From NCBI GenBank assembly GCA_964599485.1, contig CAZRGL010000002.1, positions 2,780-66,779 of the forward strand: 64,000 bases of DNA, read 5' to 3'. The notes beneath the pieces are model-generated. The model was given only the letters and a program-made list of their open reading frames with translations, was not told where the DNA came from and ran no database searches. Each line of letters begins with the position of its first letter. Positions within the stretch are counted from its first letter, which is position 1. Of this stretch, positions 44,630 to 53,931 are shown in pieces. The DNA is from an uncultured Polyangiaceae bacterium. GTDB lineage: Bacteria > Myxococcota_A > Polyangia > Polyangiales > Polyangiaceae. Both the position numbers and the translations under genes were made by a program.

Positions 44630-45448
44630 TCAGTCGGAGTAGTAGAAACCGCCGCCGCCGAGGGTGAGCTTGAGGAACGCGCCGTTCATGCTCGGAGCGC
44701 TGAGGCCCGCAATGTCGAGGCCATCATCGTCTTGCCAGTTGGTCGCCGCCACGCTGAAGAGCGCGCCGATAGGTCTATCACATATGACATACCTGTCAGG
44801 GGTATGCAATTAATGCGAGGCTCGAGAGGCACAGGAGCGCGGATATTCGATCTCGGCGCCGAGCATGAAGCCGCCTTGTTCCTTGAACAGGAAGCGTTGC
44901 ACGCCGAGCCCGAGCTCCATATAGGCTGCTCCACCATCGATCGTGGCGCTCTTGCCCGCCGGGATGGTGAGCCCGCCGACCGTAATCTCACCGCCTCCGG
45001 TTTCCACCGACGTGCGGGAGTTGTTCAGCTCGATGGACTGGCCGTAGCCGCCAACGCCGATGAACGGAAACACCAAGAAGCGGTTGCGGTTGTACGCAGC
45101 CCAGCCGAAATCGACGCCACCGCCCCCGCCGCCAAATGTAGCGCTGCCACGGTCGCCACCCTCGGAGGGTACGTACATTCCCCAGCCGCGCCCGCCGACC
45201 ATGAAATGACCAGACAGCAGCACCCAGCCGCCTCCGCCTAGCTGCGCGCCCACGGCGTTGATGGCGGCGCCCCCGAGCGCTTCGGTCTTGGCCAGATCGT
45301 CGGCAATGTTGCCGAACGACCCAGCGAACATGCCTGCGAAAGCGTGGCCGAAACCGCCCCAATTGGGCGTTGGCTCCGCTGCAGCGGTGCTCGTCAGCGT
45401 GCTCGTCGTGACGAGGGCAAGTGCCCCGATGACCGATCTGGTGAACAT
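44630..45448 (-). pseudogene. OMP-like Gly-rich beta-barrel protein interrupted by an in-frame TAA (44810-44812) inside an AT-rich patch
   Basis: The track ORF 44810-45448 (signal peptide MFTRSVIGALALVTTSTLTSTAAA) stops at TAA. The same frame then continues for 59 more codons: ...PIGALFSVAATNWQDDDGLDIAGLSAPSMNGAFLKLTLGGGGFYYSD, ending at TGA 44630-44632. This looks like the terminal strands of a barrel. Confidence 0.5.
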
Positions 45449-45509
45449 GGTTCCAACTTCGGCGTGTCAGCGGTTCGAGTCAAGAGCTGCTGTGGGCATG
45501 CGCGGGCTG

Positions 45510-45806
45510 TTACTCGGGCGCTTCGTCGTCAGCAGGAGGTTGGAGCTGGACGGGCGCTCCGTCCTCGTCCGGAGGTTGGAGCTTGACGTGGGATCCGTCG
45601 CAGATCGGGGCCCGAGCGCTGCGTTTGCAGCAGCAGAGCGCCAGTTTTTTTGCCTCGTCGAGGTTGATCTCGATGGGCTCGAATCCGCTGCCAGGATGGG
45701 AGTCGTCGCAAGTCGCGTTCTTGGTGGAGCGACCGCAGTGACACCCCCGGTGCACGCCCGCACCGAGGACGACAACCAGGGGCCCGAGGGCGGCGATCAT
45801 GGGCAC
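45510..45806 (-). CDS. CDGSH iron-sulfur domain protein (two motifs)
   Basis: The two motifs are CHCGRSTKNATCDDSH and CCCKRSARAPICDGSH. Confidence 0.75.
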   Translation of the reverse strand: MPMIAALGPLVVVLGAGVHRGCHCGRSTKNATCDDSHPGSGFEPIEINLDEAKKLALCCCKRSARAPICDGSHVKLQPPDEDGAPVQLQPPADDEAPE

Positions 45807-45947
45807 ATTGCTAACTCGCTGAGCGAAGCATGGGCCAAAGACAATTGCAACCTGGTGAGTGTCGGCGCCGCGCGCACGAAAGCCCTCACGTGCCTGCTGA
45901 AAGCGCTTCGGCTACGATGTGCGACCGCGGACCCGTGGCACCAACCG

Positions 45948-47039
45948 ATGACAACAACACATTCGAACCAGCCCCGCCGACTCCACCCGCTACTCCTGCT
46001 GCTGCTCGTGGTGCTCGTGGGCGTACCGTCACTGGTCGCCCACGGAGCCGATCCGACACCGAGCGAGCGTGCCACCGCAAGAGCTGTTGGGCGCGTGGCG
46101 CTGGCGCAATTCAAGAAGGGTGACTACCCAGCCGCGCTAGCGGGTTTTTCGCGCGCCCATTCGCTGGTCGGTCTGACCACCACTGGATTGTGGTTGGCGC
46201 GCTGTCAGGAAAAACTCGGCAAGTTGGTCGAGGCTTCCGAGACCCTGCTCGAGGTAACCCGCATGACGCTCGATGCTTCGGCTCTACCCGTGCATCGCAA
46301 GGCACAGCAGGAAGCCGCCACCGAAAGACAGCAACTCTTGCCCCGCCTTGCCCAGCTTACCCTGGTGGTGAGTGGCGATCAGGATGGCCTCAGATTCGAG
46401 CTCGATGGTCGCCCGCTCAAAGCCGCCATGATCGGCGTCGCGCTGCCGGTCAACCCTGGTAAGCACCATTTCGAGGTCGCCCGCGGTGAGCAGCGGGTCG
46501 ACGAACGGTTCACGCTCGAGGAGGGCGAGGAGCGCCAGATCGAGCTGGCGGCGCCTGCCGTGACCGCGGCGGGGACGGCGAGCGCGACGGTTTCTCCAAC
46601 CGCAAGTGCCCGCGCTTCCGCGAAGACCTCGGCCGCACCGCCGCCGCCACCACCACCACCACCACCGCTGCCGCCGCCGCCGCCGCCGCGAGACGAGGCA
46701 CAAGGCAGTCGCTGGCAGGTTGCCTTGGGCTGGATAGCACTCGGTCTCGGCGCCGGTGGTGTGGCGCTCGGCGGAGTGAGCGCTGCGCTGGCCGCCGACA
46801 AGCTGACCTCTCTCGAGGACGGCTGCAATGCGGTGGGCGAATGCCCATCCAGCCTTCACGACGACGTCGATAGCTACGATCTGTACCGGACCTTGTCCAC
46901 GACTGGATTCGTGGCCGGCGGTGTCTTGGCTGCGGGCGGCATCGTGCTGCTGGTAACGGCGCCATCGGCACCTTCGGTCCAATCGAGCTTGAGGCCCCTG
47001 CTGTGGCCAGGCGGCGTAGGGGTGGAGGGGCGTTTCTGA
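45948..47039 (+). CDS. Membrane protein: TPR-like, PEGA-like, poly-Pro tract, TM (paralog family A)
   Basis: Start at ATG 45948 (MTTTHSNQPRRLHPLLLLLLVVLVGVPSLVAHG). Motifs: WLARCQEKLGKLVEASETL and LTLVVSGDQDGLRFELDGRPL...NPGKHHFEV. The poly-Pro tract is at about 46638-46690. The track ORF's upstream 230 codons are antisense to other genes. Confidence 0.7.
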   Translation: MTTTHSNQPRRLHPLLLLLLVVLVGVPSLVAHGADPTPSERATARAVGRVALAQFKKGDYPAALAGFSRAHSLVGLTTTGLWLARCQEKLGKLVEASETLLEVTRMTLDASALPVHRKAQQEAATERQQLLPRLAQLTLVVSGDQDGLRFELDGRPLKAAMIGVALPVNPGKHHFEVARGEQRVDERFTLEEGEERQIELAAPAVTAAGTASATVSPTASARASAKTSAAPPPPPPPPPPLPPPPPPRDEAQGSRWQVALGWIALGLGAGGVALGGVSAALAADKLTSLEDGCNAVGECPSSLHDDVDSYDLYRTLSTTGFVAGGVLAAGGIVLLVTAPSAPSVQSSLRPLLWPGGVGVEGRF

Positions 47040-48130
47040 TGAGCAGCAAACATCGTTGCAGGGGGCTGAACTCATTGAAGGGCGCATGCTTGCTCTTGCT
47101 GACGAGCACGACGGGCTGCCTGTTCAGCGATGATTTCACCAAGAAAGAAAGCGCAGGGCACGGCTTCGGCTGCAGCGATCCGCCCGCGGCCGACGTCGCC
47201 ACCAGCTGCTCGCAGAGCGGCGGCGGACCTCAGCTCGCCTGCGGCTCCAATAGCAGTCTCGATTGTTGCGAGACGCGCTGCGTTCCCGGCGGGACCTTCA
47301 AGCGGGGCTACGACGGTGTGACCTTCGTTCCGACGGGTACCGAAGCCACCGTGTCGAGCTTCTATCTCGATCGCTTCCAGGTCACTGTCGGACGGTTCCG
47401 AGCTTGGGTCGACAATGGTCAATACGTGCCCGCTGACGGGGCGGGCGTGCACCCTCGTGCGGGAGCAGACAGCGGCTGGCACGCAGAGTGGGGTCAGGCG
47501 TTGCCCTCGGGAGTCGTCAACATGAAGGGTTTTCTCACCGATACCTGCACCGACGCCCACCACACTTGGACCGACACGCCTGGCACGGCCGCGCAAGAGG
47601 CGCGGGTCATGAATTGCGCCGACTGGTACTTGGCTTTTGCGTTTTGCATCTGGGACGGTGGCCGCTTGCCCAGTGAGGCAGAGTGGAACTATGTCGCCGC
47701 CGGGGGTACACAACAGCGCGCCTATCCCTGGAGCAAGCCGCCGACGAGCACCACCATCACAACCAAGCACGCCAGCTATGGCTGCAACCTCACCACCTGC
47801 ATCAAGGACACGACTTTGACCATACCGGGCGCCCACCTCGACGGCATGGCCTTGTGGGGACACGCCGACATGGCGGGCAACGTCTACGATTGGTTGCTCG
47901 ATGGCAGGCGCTTGACCGACGACAACGGCACTTGGGTCGACCAGCCCTTTCCCAGCCCCTGCGTCAACTGCATCGACATGACCGATTTCAATCAGAACGA
48001 GGACCACCGGGTCATCCGTGGGGGTGCGTTCTTCTCCAGCGAAGAAGACCTGCTCAATGGGGCCCGCTATTCCTTCCCGCCCGGAACCATTCCGCTCGGC
48101 ATCGGCATCCGCTGTGCGCGCGATTTCTGA
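47039..48130 (+). CDS. FGE/SUMF1-domain (formylglycine-generating-enzyme-like) lipoprotein
   Basis: The ATG at 47039 overlaps the upstream stop (TGATG). Lipobox (LLLTSTTGC). Motifs: CADWYLAFAFCIWDGGRLPSEAEWNY, GNVYDWLLD, RVIRGGAF, GIRCARDF. Confidence 0.8.
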   Translation: MSSKHRCRGLNSLKGACLLLLTSTTGCLFSDDFTKKESAGHGFGCSDPPAADVATSCSQSGGGPQLACGSNSSLDCCETRCVPGGTFKRGYDGVTFVPTGTEATVSSFYLDRFQVTVGRFRAWVDNGQYVPADGAGVHPRAGADSGWHAEWGQALPSGVVNMKGFLTDTCTDAHHTWTDTPGTAAQEARVMNCADWYLAFAFCIWDGGRLPSEAEWNYVAAGGTQQRAYPWSKPPTSTTITTKHASYGCNLTTCIKDTTLTIPGAHLDGMALWGHADMAGNVYDWLLDGRRLTDDNGTWVDQPFPSPCVNCIDMTDFNQNEDHRVIRGGAFFSSEEDLLNGARYSFPPGTIPLGIGIRCARDF

Positions 48131-48158
48131 CCCGGGTCGTGTCGCACGCCTTCACTGA

Positions 48159-48335
48159 CATGATCCGTCGAGCATCTACGACCTCGATGCCAGGTGGAAG
48201 CTCACCATTGGTGGCGCAGGTGCAACGGAATGGGAAGGGCTCGCGGTCGTACCCAATAACCCCAATCGGGTCATTCTAGGTCGCGAGCGTGGCGGGACAC
48301 GCGACCTATATTGGATTGAGCTGCCCGACCAGTGA
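48159..48335 (+). pseudogene. Possible C-terminal gene remnant with no start codon
   Basis: The frame opens right after a TGA at 48156-48158 and reads HDPSSIYDLDARWKLTIGGAGATEWEGLAVVPNNPNRVILGRERGGTRDLYWIELPDQ*. It is protein-like (an EGLAV...LYWIEL beta-propeller-type ending), but there is no ATG/GTG/TTG near its beginning. Confidence 0.3.
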
Positions 48336-50443
48336 AGTCGCTCCAGGTCGGGTATGATCCGGCTATGAGCAAGTCGCGTAAGGGGCGCCGTGAAGAGTTG
48401 GCGCCCACCCCGTTTGCAGCCGTCACCAAAGACGAGTCGCCCAAAACGAAGGACGAGGATTGCGAGCCGACGATTGGCGAGGGACAGATTCAGCGTGGGG
48501 CTGCCCGAATCCAGAAGACAGGTGCTGCCGTGCCATCGGAACGACTTGAAGCACAACGGCTGCGCAACGACTCTGCAATGATTCGAGAGGCCTCCATCGA
48601 CGAAGATCCGCCTGCTTCGGTCGACTTGAGCGCGATGCCGCTGCACGAGATGAGCGCTGATCAGCGCTACAGCCGCGAAAGAGCGTTGGGCGAAGGCGGC
48701 ATGGGTGAGATCCTGTTGGTTCACGATGAGCGGCTCAGACGAAAAGTCGCGCTCAAGCGAATGCGCGCGGATGCCACGAGCGATGAGGGCCGCGCTCGAT
48801 TCTTGCGCGAGGGCCGCATTCAGGCGCAGCTCGAGCATCCCAACATCGTGCCTGTTTACGATATGGGAATCGGCTTGGGTGGTGCCTCCTATTTCACGAT
48901 GCGGCGCGTGCACGGTCGAACCTTGGGCGAGATCATCGAAGCGTTGCGCGAGGGTGACACGACCATCGGTACGCATTTCGGAACCCACAAGCTCCTCAAC
49001 ATCTTTTGCAGCGTGTGCCTCACCCTCGAGTTCGCTCATTCGCACGGCGTGGTTCATCGCGATCTCAAACCCGACAACGTGATGCTCGGCGAGTTTGGTG
49101 AGGTCAACGTGCTCGATTGGGGTTTGGCCAAAGTCGCCGGCGAGCGAGAGGTGTCTCCGAGCGAGCTTGCAACAGCGCTTGGCAAGAAGACTCCCTCGCT
49201 GATGGACGTGCGGGCCGATGGCGCATCGCCCACCGTAGTCGGTGCCGTGATGGGTACGCCCGGTTTCATGGCTCCGGAGCAGGTGCGTGGCGAGCTCGAT
49301 CGAGTTGGTCCCGAGGCGGACGTCTACGCGCTCGGCTCCATCTTGTTTGAAATCCTCACGTTGCAGCCCCTGCATGATGTTCGAGGTGGCAGCCCCAAGA
49401 TGATCTCCACGCTCGACGGCGCCGATGCACGGGCACGAGCGCGTGCACCTGAGCGCGACGTGGCGCTCGAGTTGGAGCGCATCTGTATCAAGGCGACAGC
49501 CTCCGAGCCCGAGGACCGCTTTCGAAGCGCCCGCGCATTGTGTGACGAGGTGCAAAATTACCTCGAGGGAGAGCTGGATCTGCAGCGGCGCTTGGCGCTC
49601 GCCAAACGCCATGCCGACGAGGCGGAGCAAGTCCTCAGCAGCCCTGCTGGCGAATACGTCGAAGCGCGGGCCAAAGCAGCCCGCCATCTTCGCTCGGCTC
49701 TCGCCTTCGACCCCTCTCACCGCGGCGCCCTCGACGCCATGATGAGGCTGTTGGTCGAGCTGCCCAAAGACGTTCCGCCCGAAGCCGAGCAAGCCCTCTT
49801 CGACAAGCGCATGAGTGATCGGGACGCGGTGCGCAAAGCGGTGCTCACCGTCCATGTGGTAATCCTCCTGCTAGCTATTCCGATGCAGCTTTGGATCGGT
49901 GTGCGAAGCTGGCTGGTGTTTGCGTTGTTCAACGGTGCGCTGATGGGCCTGTGTGCTGCCGTTGGGTTCGCCGGTGGTGGCGTGCAGCCGAAAGGTCTCG
50001 GTTTCATCGTGGCGGCCTACTGCTTGGTGCTGGCTGCCATGAGCGTGCTGGCGGCCCCGCTGGCAGCGCCGGCCTTCGCAGCGGCCTACGGTACGCTCTT
50101 GTTGGTCAGCACCCGCGCCAGCGGGAAGGCTCGCAAGATGATGCTGTTCGGAAGCCTGATGGCCTTGCTGTTGCCAGGCTTGGCGCAACTGCATGGCTGG
50201 ATACCACGCACCTTCGAATTCGCGTCGGGCAGCGTGCTCATCAGGTCGAGCCTGCTGGTTTTCGATCCCGTGCCCACCATCGTGTGTCTGGCAGCCTTCT
50301 CGCTTGCCTTGGCCCTCGGCCCCCTGTTTGTGGGTGCGCGGTGGGTTGAGGCGTTGATGAAGGCGGAGCGCCAACATGCGCTGCTCACCTGGCAACTGAA
50401 GCAGTTCGTCTCTGATGCTGCGCAGCTCGAGCAAGACCACTGA
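48332..50443 (+). CDS. Ser/Thr protein kinase with a multi-pass C-terminal membrane domain
   Basis: GEGGMGEILLV, VALKRM, HRDLKPDNVML, DWGLAK, APEQ, followed by several hydrophobic helices. ATG 48365 (MSKSRKG) is a likelier start than GTG 48332. Confidence 0.9.
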   Translation: MKSLQVGYDPAMSKSRKGRREELAPTPFAAVTKDESPKTKDEDCEPTIGEGQIQRGAARIQKTGAAVPSERLEAQRLRNDSAMIREASIDEDPPASVDLSAMPLHEMSADQRYSRERALGEGGMGEILLVHDERLRRKVALKRMRADATSDEGRARFLREGRIQAQLEHPNIVPVYDMGIGLGGASYFTMRRVHGRTLGEIIEALREGDTTIGTHFGTHKLLNIFCSVCLTLEFAHSHGVVHRDLKPDNVMLGEFGEVNVLDWGLAKVAGEREVSPSELATALGKKTPSLMDVRADGASPTVVGAVMGTPGFMAPEQVRGELDRVGPEADVYALGSILFEILTLQPLHDVRGGSPKMISTLDGADARARARAPERDVALELERICIKATASEPEDRFRSARALCDEVQNYLEGELDLQRRLALAKRHADEAEQVLSSPAGEYVEARAKAARHLRSALAFDPSHRGALDAMMRLLVELPKDVPPEAEQALFDKRMSDRDAVRKAVLTVHVVILLLAIPMQLWIGVRSWLVFALFNGALMGLCAAVGFAGGGVQPKGLGFIVAAYCLVLAAMSVLAAPLAAPAFAAAYGTLLLVSTRASGKARKMMLFGSLMALLLPGLAQLHGWIPRTFEFASGSVLIRSSLLVFDPVPTIVCLAAFSLALALGPLFVGARWVEALMKAERQHALLTWQLKQFVSDAAQLEQDH

Positions 50444-50494
50444 GCGATACGAGGGTGTCAGCGGGCGCAGATTCCGATACAACGAAGGACACCA

Positions 50495-53260
50495 ATGCGC
50501 GCGCGAATGATGGCCTCGCTCTTCGGCATCTGGGTGATGGCTCAGGTCGCAGCGTGCTCGAGCCTGTCGCCCCTGGTGCTCGGCGTCTGTGGCAACAACG
50601 TCGTCGAGCCCAGCAACGGTGAGGAATGCGACGGCTACAGTCAGGGTGAAAACACCTCCTGCAATGGGTCCGCCCATAACCATCGCTGTCGCTTCGACTG
50701 TCTGTCCAAAGCCAAAGGCGGGGAGGGTTTCCAATGCCCGGATGGCCTGCGCTGCGGCGCTGATGGCGTCTGCCGCAGGCCGAGCGGCAACTTCTTGGTG
50801 AGTGGCAGCGTGGACCAAGCGCCGGGCGACTGGGTTGCGATGGTGGACGTGGACGGAAATGGGGTCGATGACCTGGTCAGTGCGCATACGCAGCACTTGT
50901 CTACAGTTTTTCTAGGTCTCGGCGACCAGGGTGCTGGTCAGCATGTCTTCATGACCCCGATCACCTCGAACGATCGTGGCCATCCCGCTGTCGGCGACCT
51001 CGATAGCGATGGGTACGGTGACGTGATCCTGTCCGAAAAGGAGGGATTGTCCGTGCTGCGCGGCTCGCCGCTCAAGACGCTCGAGCCGAGCACCTATCTG
51101 ACCTATGCGTTGCCTGGTGATGCGCAGTCCTTCGTGGCGATCGATCTTGCGCCCAATACCATCGAGGGGCTCAGCACCACCTACTACGGCGCCGAAGGCA
51201 TTGTCGTTTCAGGCAAGTATCTGCTGTCGATGATCGATCCGCCGCTCACGAGCTTCATGCACGAGGCGGATGACCCCTCCGTGAAGGTGAAGTTGCCCGA
51301 ATCAGCCAACCAGCTCGTTGCGAGGCCGATCGTCGCGCAGCTCGACGAGTCCACCGAGACTGCTGAGTTGTTGTTGGCGTTTCGCGACATCTTGCTGATC
51401 TTCGTACCGAAGGTTCGGATTGTCGCCGGCAGCTTGGTCGTCGATCTAGATCAACGTCCCGACATCAATGTGCCAGACGGGGCGAAAATCAACAATCGAG
51501 GCGTATTTGCCTTCGTCAATACCGATGGCCACGTCGATCTATTGCTGAGCACCGACAAGGGCCTCTATTTCGCTGATGGCAACGGTGATGGCAATTTCGC
51601 CAAACCAATCATCCCAAACAAGCTCAGTGGTGAGTGCAACCTGCCTACTGATTCGCTTCTCGCTGCCGCTGATCTCGACGGCGATCTGTTTCCCGACTTC
51701 GTATTCGCCAAGGGCATCGTACTGTCCTCCCACGACAGTTTTTGCAAGGCTGGGCAGCTCGCTCTACGGAAGCCAGGAAACGGCAGCTGGACCAATGCGG
51801 TGATTGCAGATTTCAATGACGACGGGCGAACTGATCTGGTGGCTGCCTCCTCAGACACAGCCGGCGTCGATTTCTACAATGGAACCGACAGCGGCTTGTT
51901 GAACCACTCGAAGCTTGCAACCGCCAACAAGATCGACCACCTCACCGCCGGCGACTTCGATGGCGACAACTTGCTCGATTTGGCCATGGTGGAGCTGGAG
52001 GTCGATGGTCTGCGCGATGGGCTCTCCATTGCTTTTGGCGTGCCAGCAGGGCCACCAACGACAGTGACACCCATCGGCGCCCTCTATGAGATTAGCGACG
52101 TCAGCGCCACCAACATGGCCAAACGAGACGAGGACTTCGTCGATGGGATCAACGATCTCGTCGTGGTGGCCCAGTACCCGTCGGATAGCGGGCAAGTCGG
52201 AAGCGGTTTCGCCTTGTTGTTCGGGCGACCGGACCGTCAGCTACAGTCCCCTTTTCCTGTCCTGTACGAGGTCGGCAACAACAACGATCTTCGCTACAGC
52301 CCGTACACAGCAGTTGTCACGAACAGCAGCCTCGCTGCGCCCAATGCAGCCGCTGCGCGCGCTGTCGTGAGCGTCGGCTATCGCGTCAACAAGGCGCTCA
52401 ACGCGCCAGACATTGCTCTTTCGGTGACCAGTGCTAGCGAAGATGCCACGTTGAGCACCTTCGGAGCCCCAACTGACACCGAGCTGACTGAGATGTCGGC
52501 AGCACGGCTCGTTGGCTTGATGACTGCGGTCGATATCGACGGCGACGGTGCTGAGGAGCACGCCATGTTGGTTGGCAGCAGAGATGAGCAAGGTCTGAGC
52601 TTGCGCGTTGGTGTTACGGATCAGGAAAAGGGTAGCGTCTTGAGGCCTGTCGCTTCGCTCGCCGATGTCACCCTCTTGGGCTTTCGTTTCGGGTCGAACG
52701 ATCCAGTGACCGAGGGACCGGAAAAATGGTCCACCAAGCTGCACAACCGCCTGCAACCCTGCTTGCTCGAAGAGGAGGCGAAAGAACCAGCCTTGCTCTT
52801 CGCCGTCGTGGAGCGGAGCCCCGAAGGAGAAGCGCTGGCCACGGCGGTCTACGTCGTCCGCAACGCGACCCTCAATGCGCTACTTGCCGCGATCCAGAGT
52901 GGGCCTTTGGTTTTCGAGCGTGTACCAGCACCACAAGGCGAGACGCTGCTTGGATTCAGCTGCGTGGATACCGATGGGCAAGGCGGCAAAGAGCTGGCCT
53001 TGCTCACGGTTACATCCGCCGAAGAGGATCGTCGCGCGCGCATCCATCTATTTGGAGTAGGCGAGCAAGGCGTCCAGCTCCAGAGCGAAGCCCACCTCGA
53101 GCTGGATGCGCTTCAGCTACCTGTCCTCTCGCAGCAGACCGTTGACGCGCCGCTCGTCGGCTTGACGAGAGGCGACATCAACGGCGATGGCATTGACGAC
53201 CTCGTCGTGTTCACCCACGACGAGACACTCCTGGTCGAGGGTTTGCCCGTCATTCCCTGA
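50495..53260 (+). CDS. FG-GAP/VCBS-repeat lipoprotein with an N-terminal myxobacterial-type Cys-rich repeat
   Basis: Lipobox (AQVAACSS) and the Cys-rich element CGNNVVEPSNGEECDG. There are repeated Ca-binding-like loops: DVDGNGVDDLV, GDLDSDGYGDVIL, ADLDGDLFPDFVF, ADFNDDGRTDLVA, GDFDGDNLLDLAM, DIDGDGAEEH, GDINGDGIDDLVV. Confidence 0.8.
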   Translation: MRARMMASLFGIWVMAQVAACSSLSPLVLGVCGNNVVEPSNGEECDGYSQGENTSCNGSAHNHRCRFDCLSKAKGGEGFQCPDGLRCGADGVCRRPSGNFLVSGSVDQAPGDWVAMVDVDGNGVDDLVSAHTQHLSTVFLGLGDQGAGQHVFMTPITSNDRGHPAVGDLDSDGYGDVILSEKEGLSVLRGSPLKTLEPSTYLTYALPGDAQSFVAIDLAPNTIEGLSTTYYGAEGIVVSGKYLLSMIDPPLTSFMHEADDPSVKVKLPESANQLVARPIVAQLDESTETAELLLAFRDILLIFVPKVRIVAGSLVVDLDQRPDINVPDGAKINNRGVFAFVNTDGHVDLLLSTDKGLYFADGNGDGNFAKPIIPNKLSGECNLPTDSLLAAADLDGDLFPDFVFAKGIVLSSHDSFCKAGQLALRKPGNGSWTNAVIADFNDDGRTDLVAASSDTAGVDFYNGTDSGLLNHSKLATANKIDHLTAGDFDGDNLLDLAMVELEVDGLRDGLSIAFGVPAGPPTTVTPIGALYEISDVSATNMAKRDEDFVDGINDLVVVAQYPSDSGQVGSGFALLFGRPDRQLQSPFPVLYEVGNNNDLRYSPYTAVVTNSSLAAPNAAAARAVVSVGYRVNKALNAPDIALSVTSASEDATLSTFGAPTDTELTEMSAARLVGLMTAVDIDGDGAEEHAMLVGSRDEQGLSLRVGVTDQEKGSVLRPVASLADVTLLGFRFGSNDPVTEGPEKWSTKLHNRLQPCLLEEEAKEPALLFAVVERSPEGEALATAVYVVRNATLNALLAAIQSGPLVFERVPAPQGETLLGFSCVDTDGQGGKELALLTVTSAEEDRRARIHLFGVGEQGVQLQSEAHLELDALQLPVLSQQTVDAPLVGLTRGDINGDGIDDLVVFTHDETLLVEGLPVIP

Positions 53261-53850
53261 TGCGCATTTGGTTGCAGAAGACGCTCTTACGCGCGGCCAT
53301 GAAGCTCGGCGGACAGGACGCGGAGACCAAGCCCAGTGTCTCCTTCGAGGCGGCTGCCGCCCGCACCATCCGCGATGGTCGAGATGAGTCCGAGGCGGGT
53401 CGAGCGCAGGCGGAGGAGGCCGAGTCACCAGCGGGCTATCGTCAGATGGTGCCTCGCGGTCACCTGCCGTCGCCCCTCGGTACGGCATTGTTGCTCGCGG
53501 CGTTTGACGACGATGTGTTCGTGCCGGTGTTTGTCGGACCCAGTGAGGCGTTGGCGTTCCGTCATCGACTTGCCGGTCGTCCCTACGCGCGGCCGCTTTC
53601 CTATGACTTGATCGATCGGTTGCTGGCGCTCACTGGCGGGCATGTGAGCGAAGTGCGCATCGAGCAACTGCGCGCTGACCGCTTCATCGCCACCATCGTG
53701 CTGAGCCTGGCCGATGGCAGCAGCAGCTCCCTCGATGCGCGTGCTTCGGACGCCATCATTTTGGCGATGGGCAGCGGAGCACCGATCTTCGTCGCCGAAG
53801 CAGTCGTTGCACACACCGGTCGCCCGCTAGGCGATTTGTCCAAGATATGA
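53260..53850 (+). CDS. Bifunctional nuclease (BFN/DUF151) family protein
   Basis: VPVFVGPSEALAFRHRLAGRPYARPLSYDLI...VRIEQLRADRFIATIVL...LDARASDAIILAMGSGAPIFVAE. The ATG at 53260 overlaps the upstream stop (TGATG). ATG 53446 is an alternative start. Confidence 0.7.
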   Translation: MRIWLQKTLLRAAMKLGGQDAETKPSVSFEAAAARTIRDGRDESEAGRAQAEEAESPAGYRQMVPRGHLPSPLGTALLLAAFDDDVFVPVFVGPSEALAFRHRLAGRPYARPLSYDLIDRLLALTGGHVSEVRIEQLRADRFIATIVLSLADGSSSSLDARASDAIILAMGSGAPIFVAEAVVAHTGRPLGDLSKI

Positions 53851-53931
53851 TCGAGGTGTGGCGTAGTCGCGTCACCGATGCGCCGGTGCGCCGGTCGATG
53901 AGGTGGCTGGGGAGCGGCCGCTCGTCCAAGT

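Noticed and set aside
45472-45482. GGTTCGAGTC, reminiscent of a tRNA T-loop
   Set aside because: The flanking bases do not form a T-stem, and no acceptor or anticodon arms can be drawn. It lies in the short gap between the OMP-like gene and the CDGSH gene.
47072-48007. 311-aa minus-strand ORF
   Set aside because: It is antisense to the FGE-domain lipoprotein gene, which has clear family motifs.
48176-49855. 559-aa minus-strand ORF
   Set aside because: It is antisense to a canonical Ser/Thr kinase, has no recognisable motifs, and is a typical GC-rich shadow ORF.
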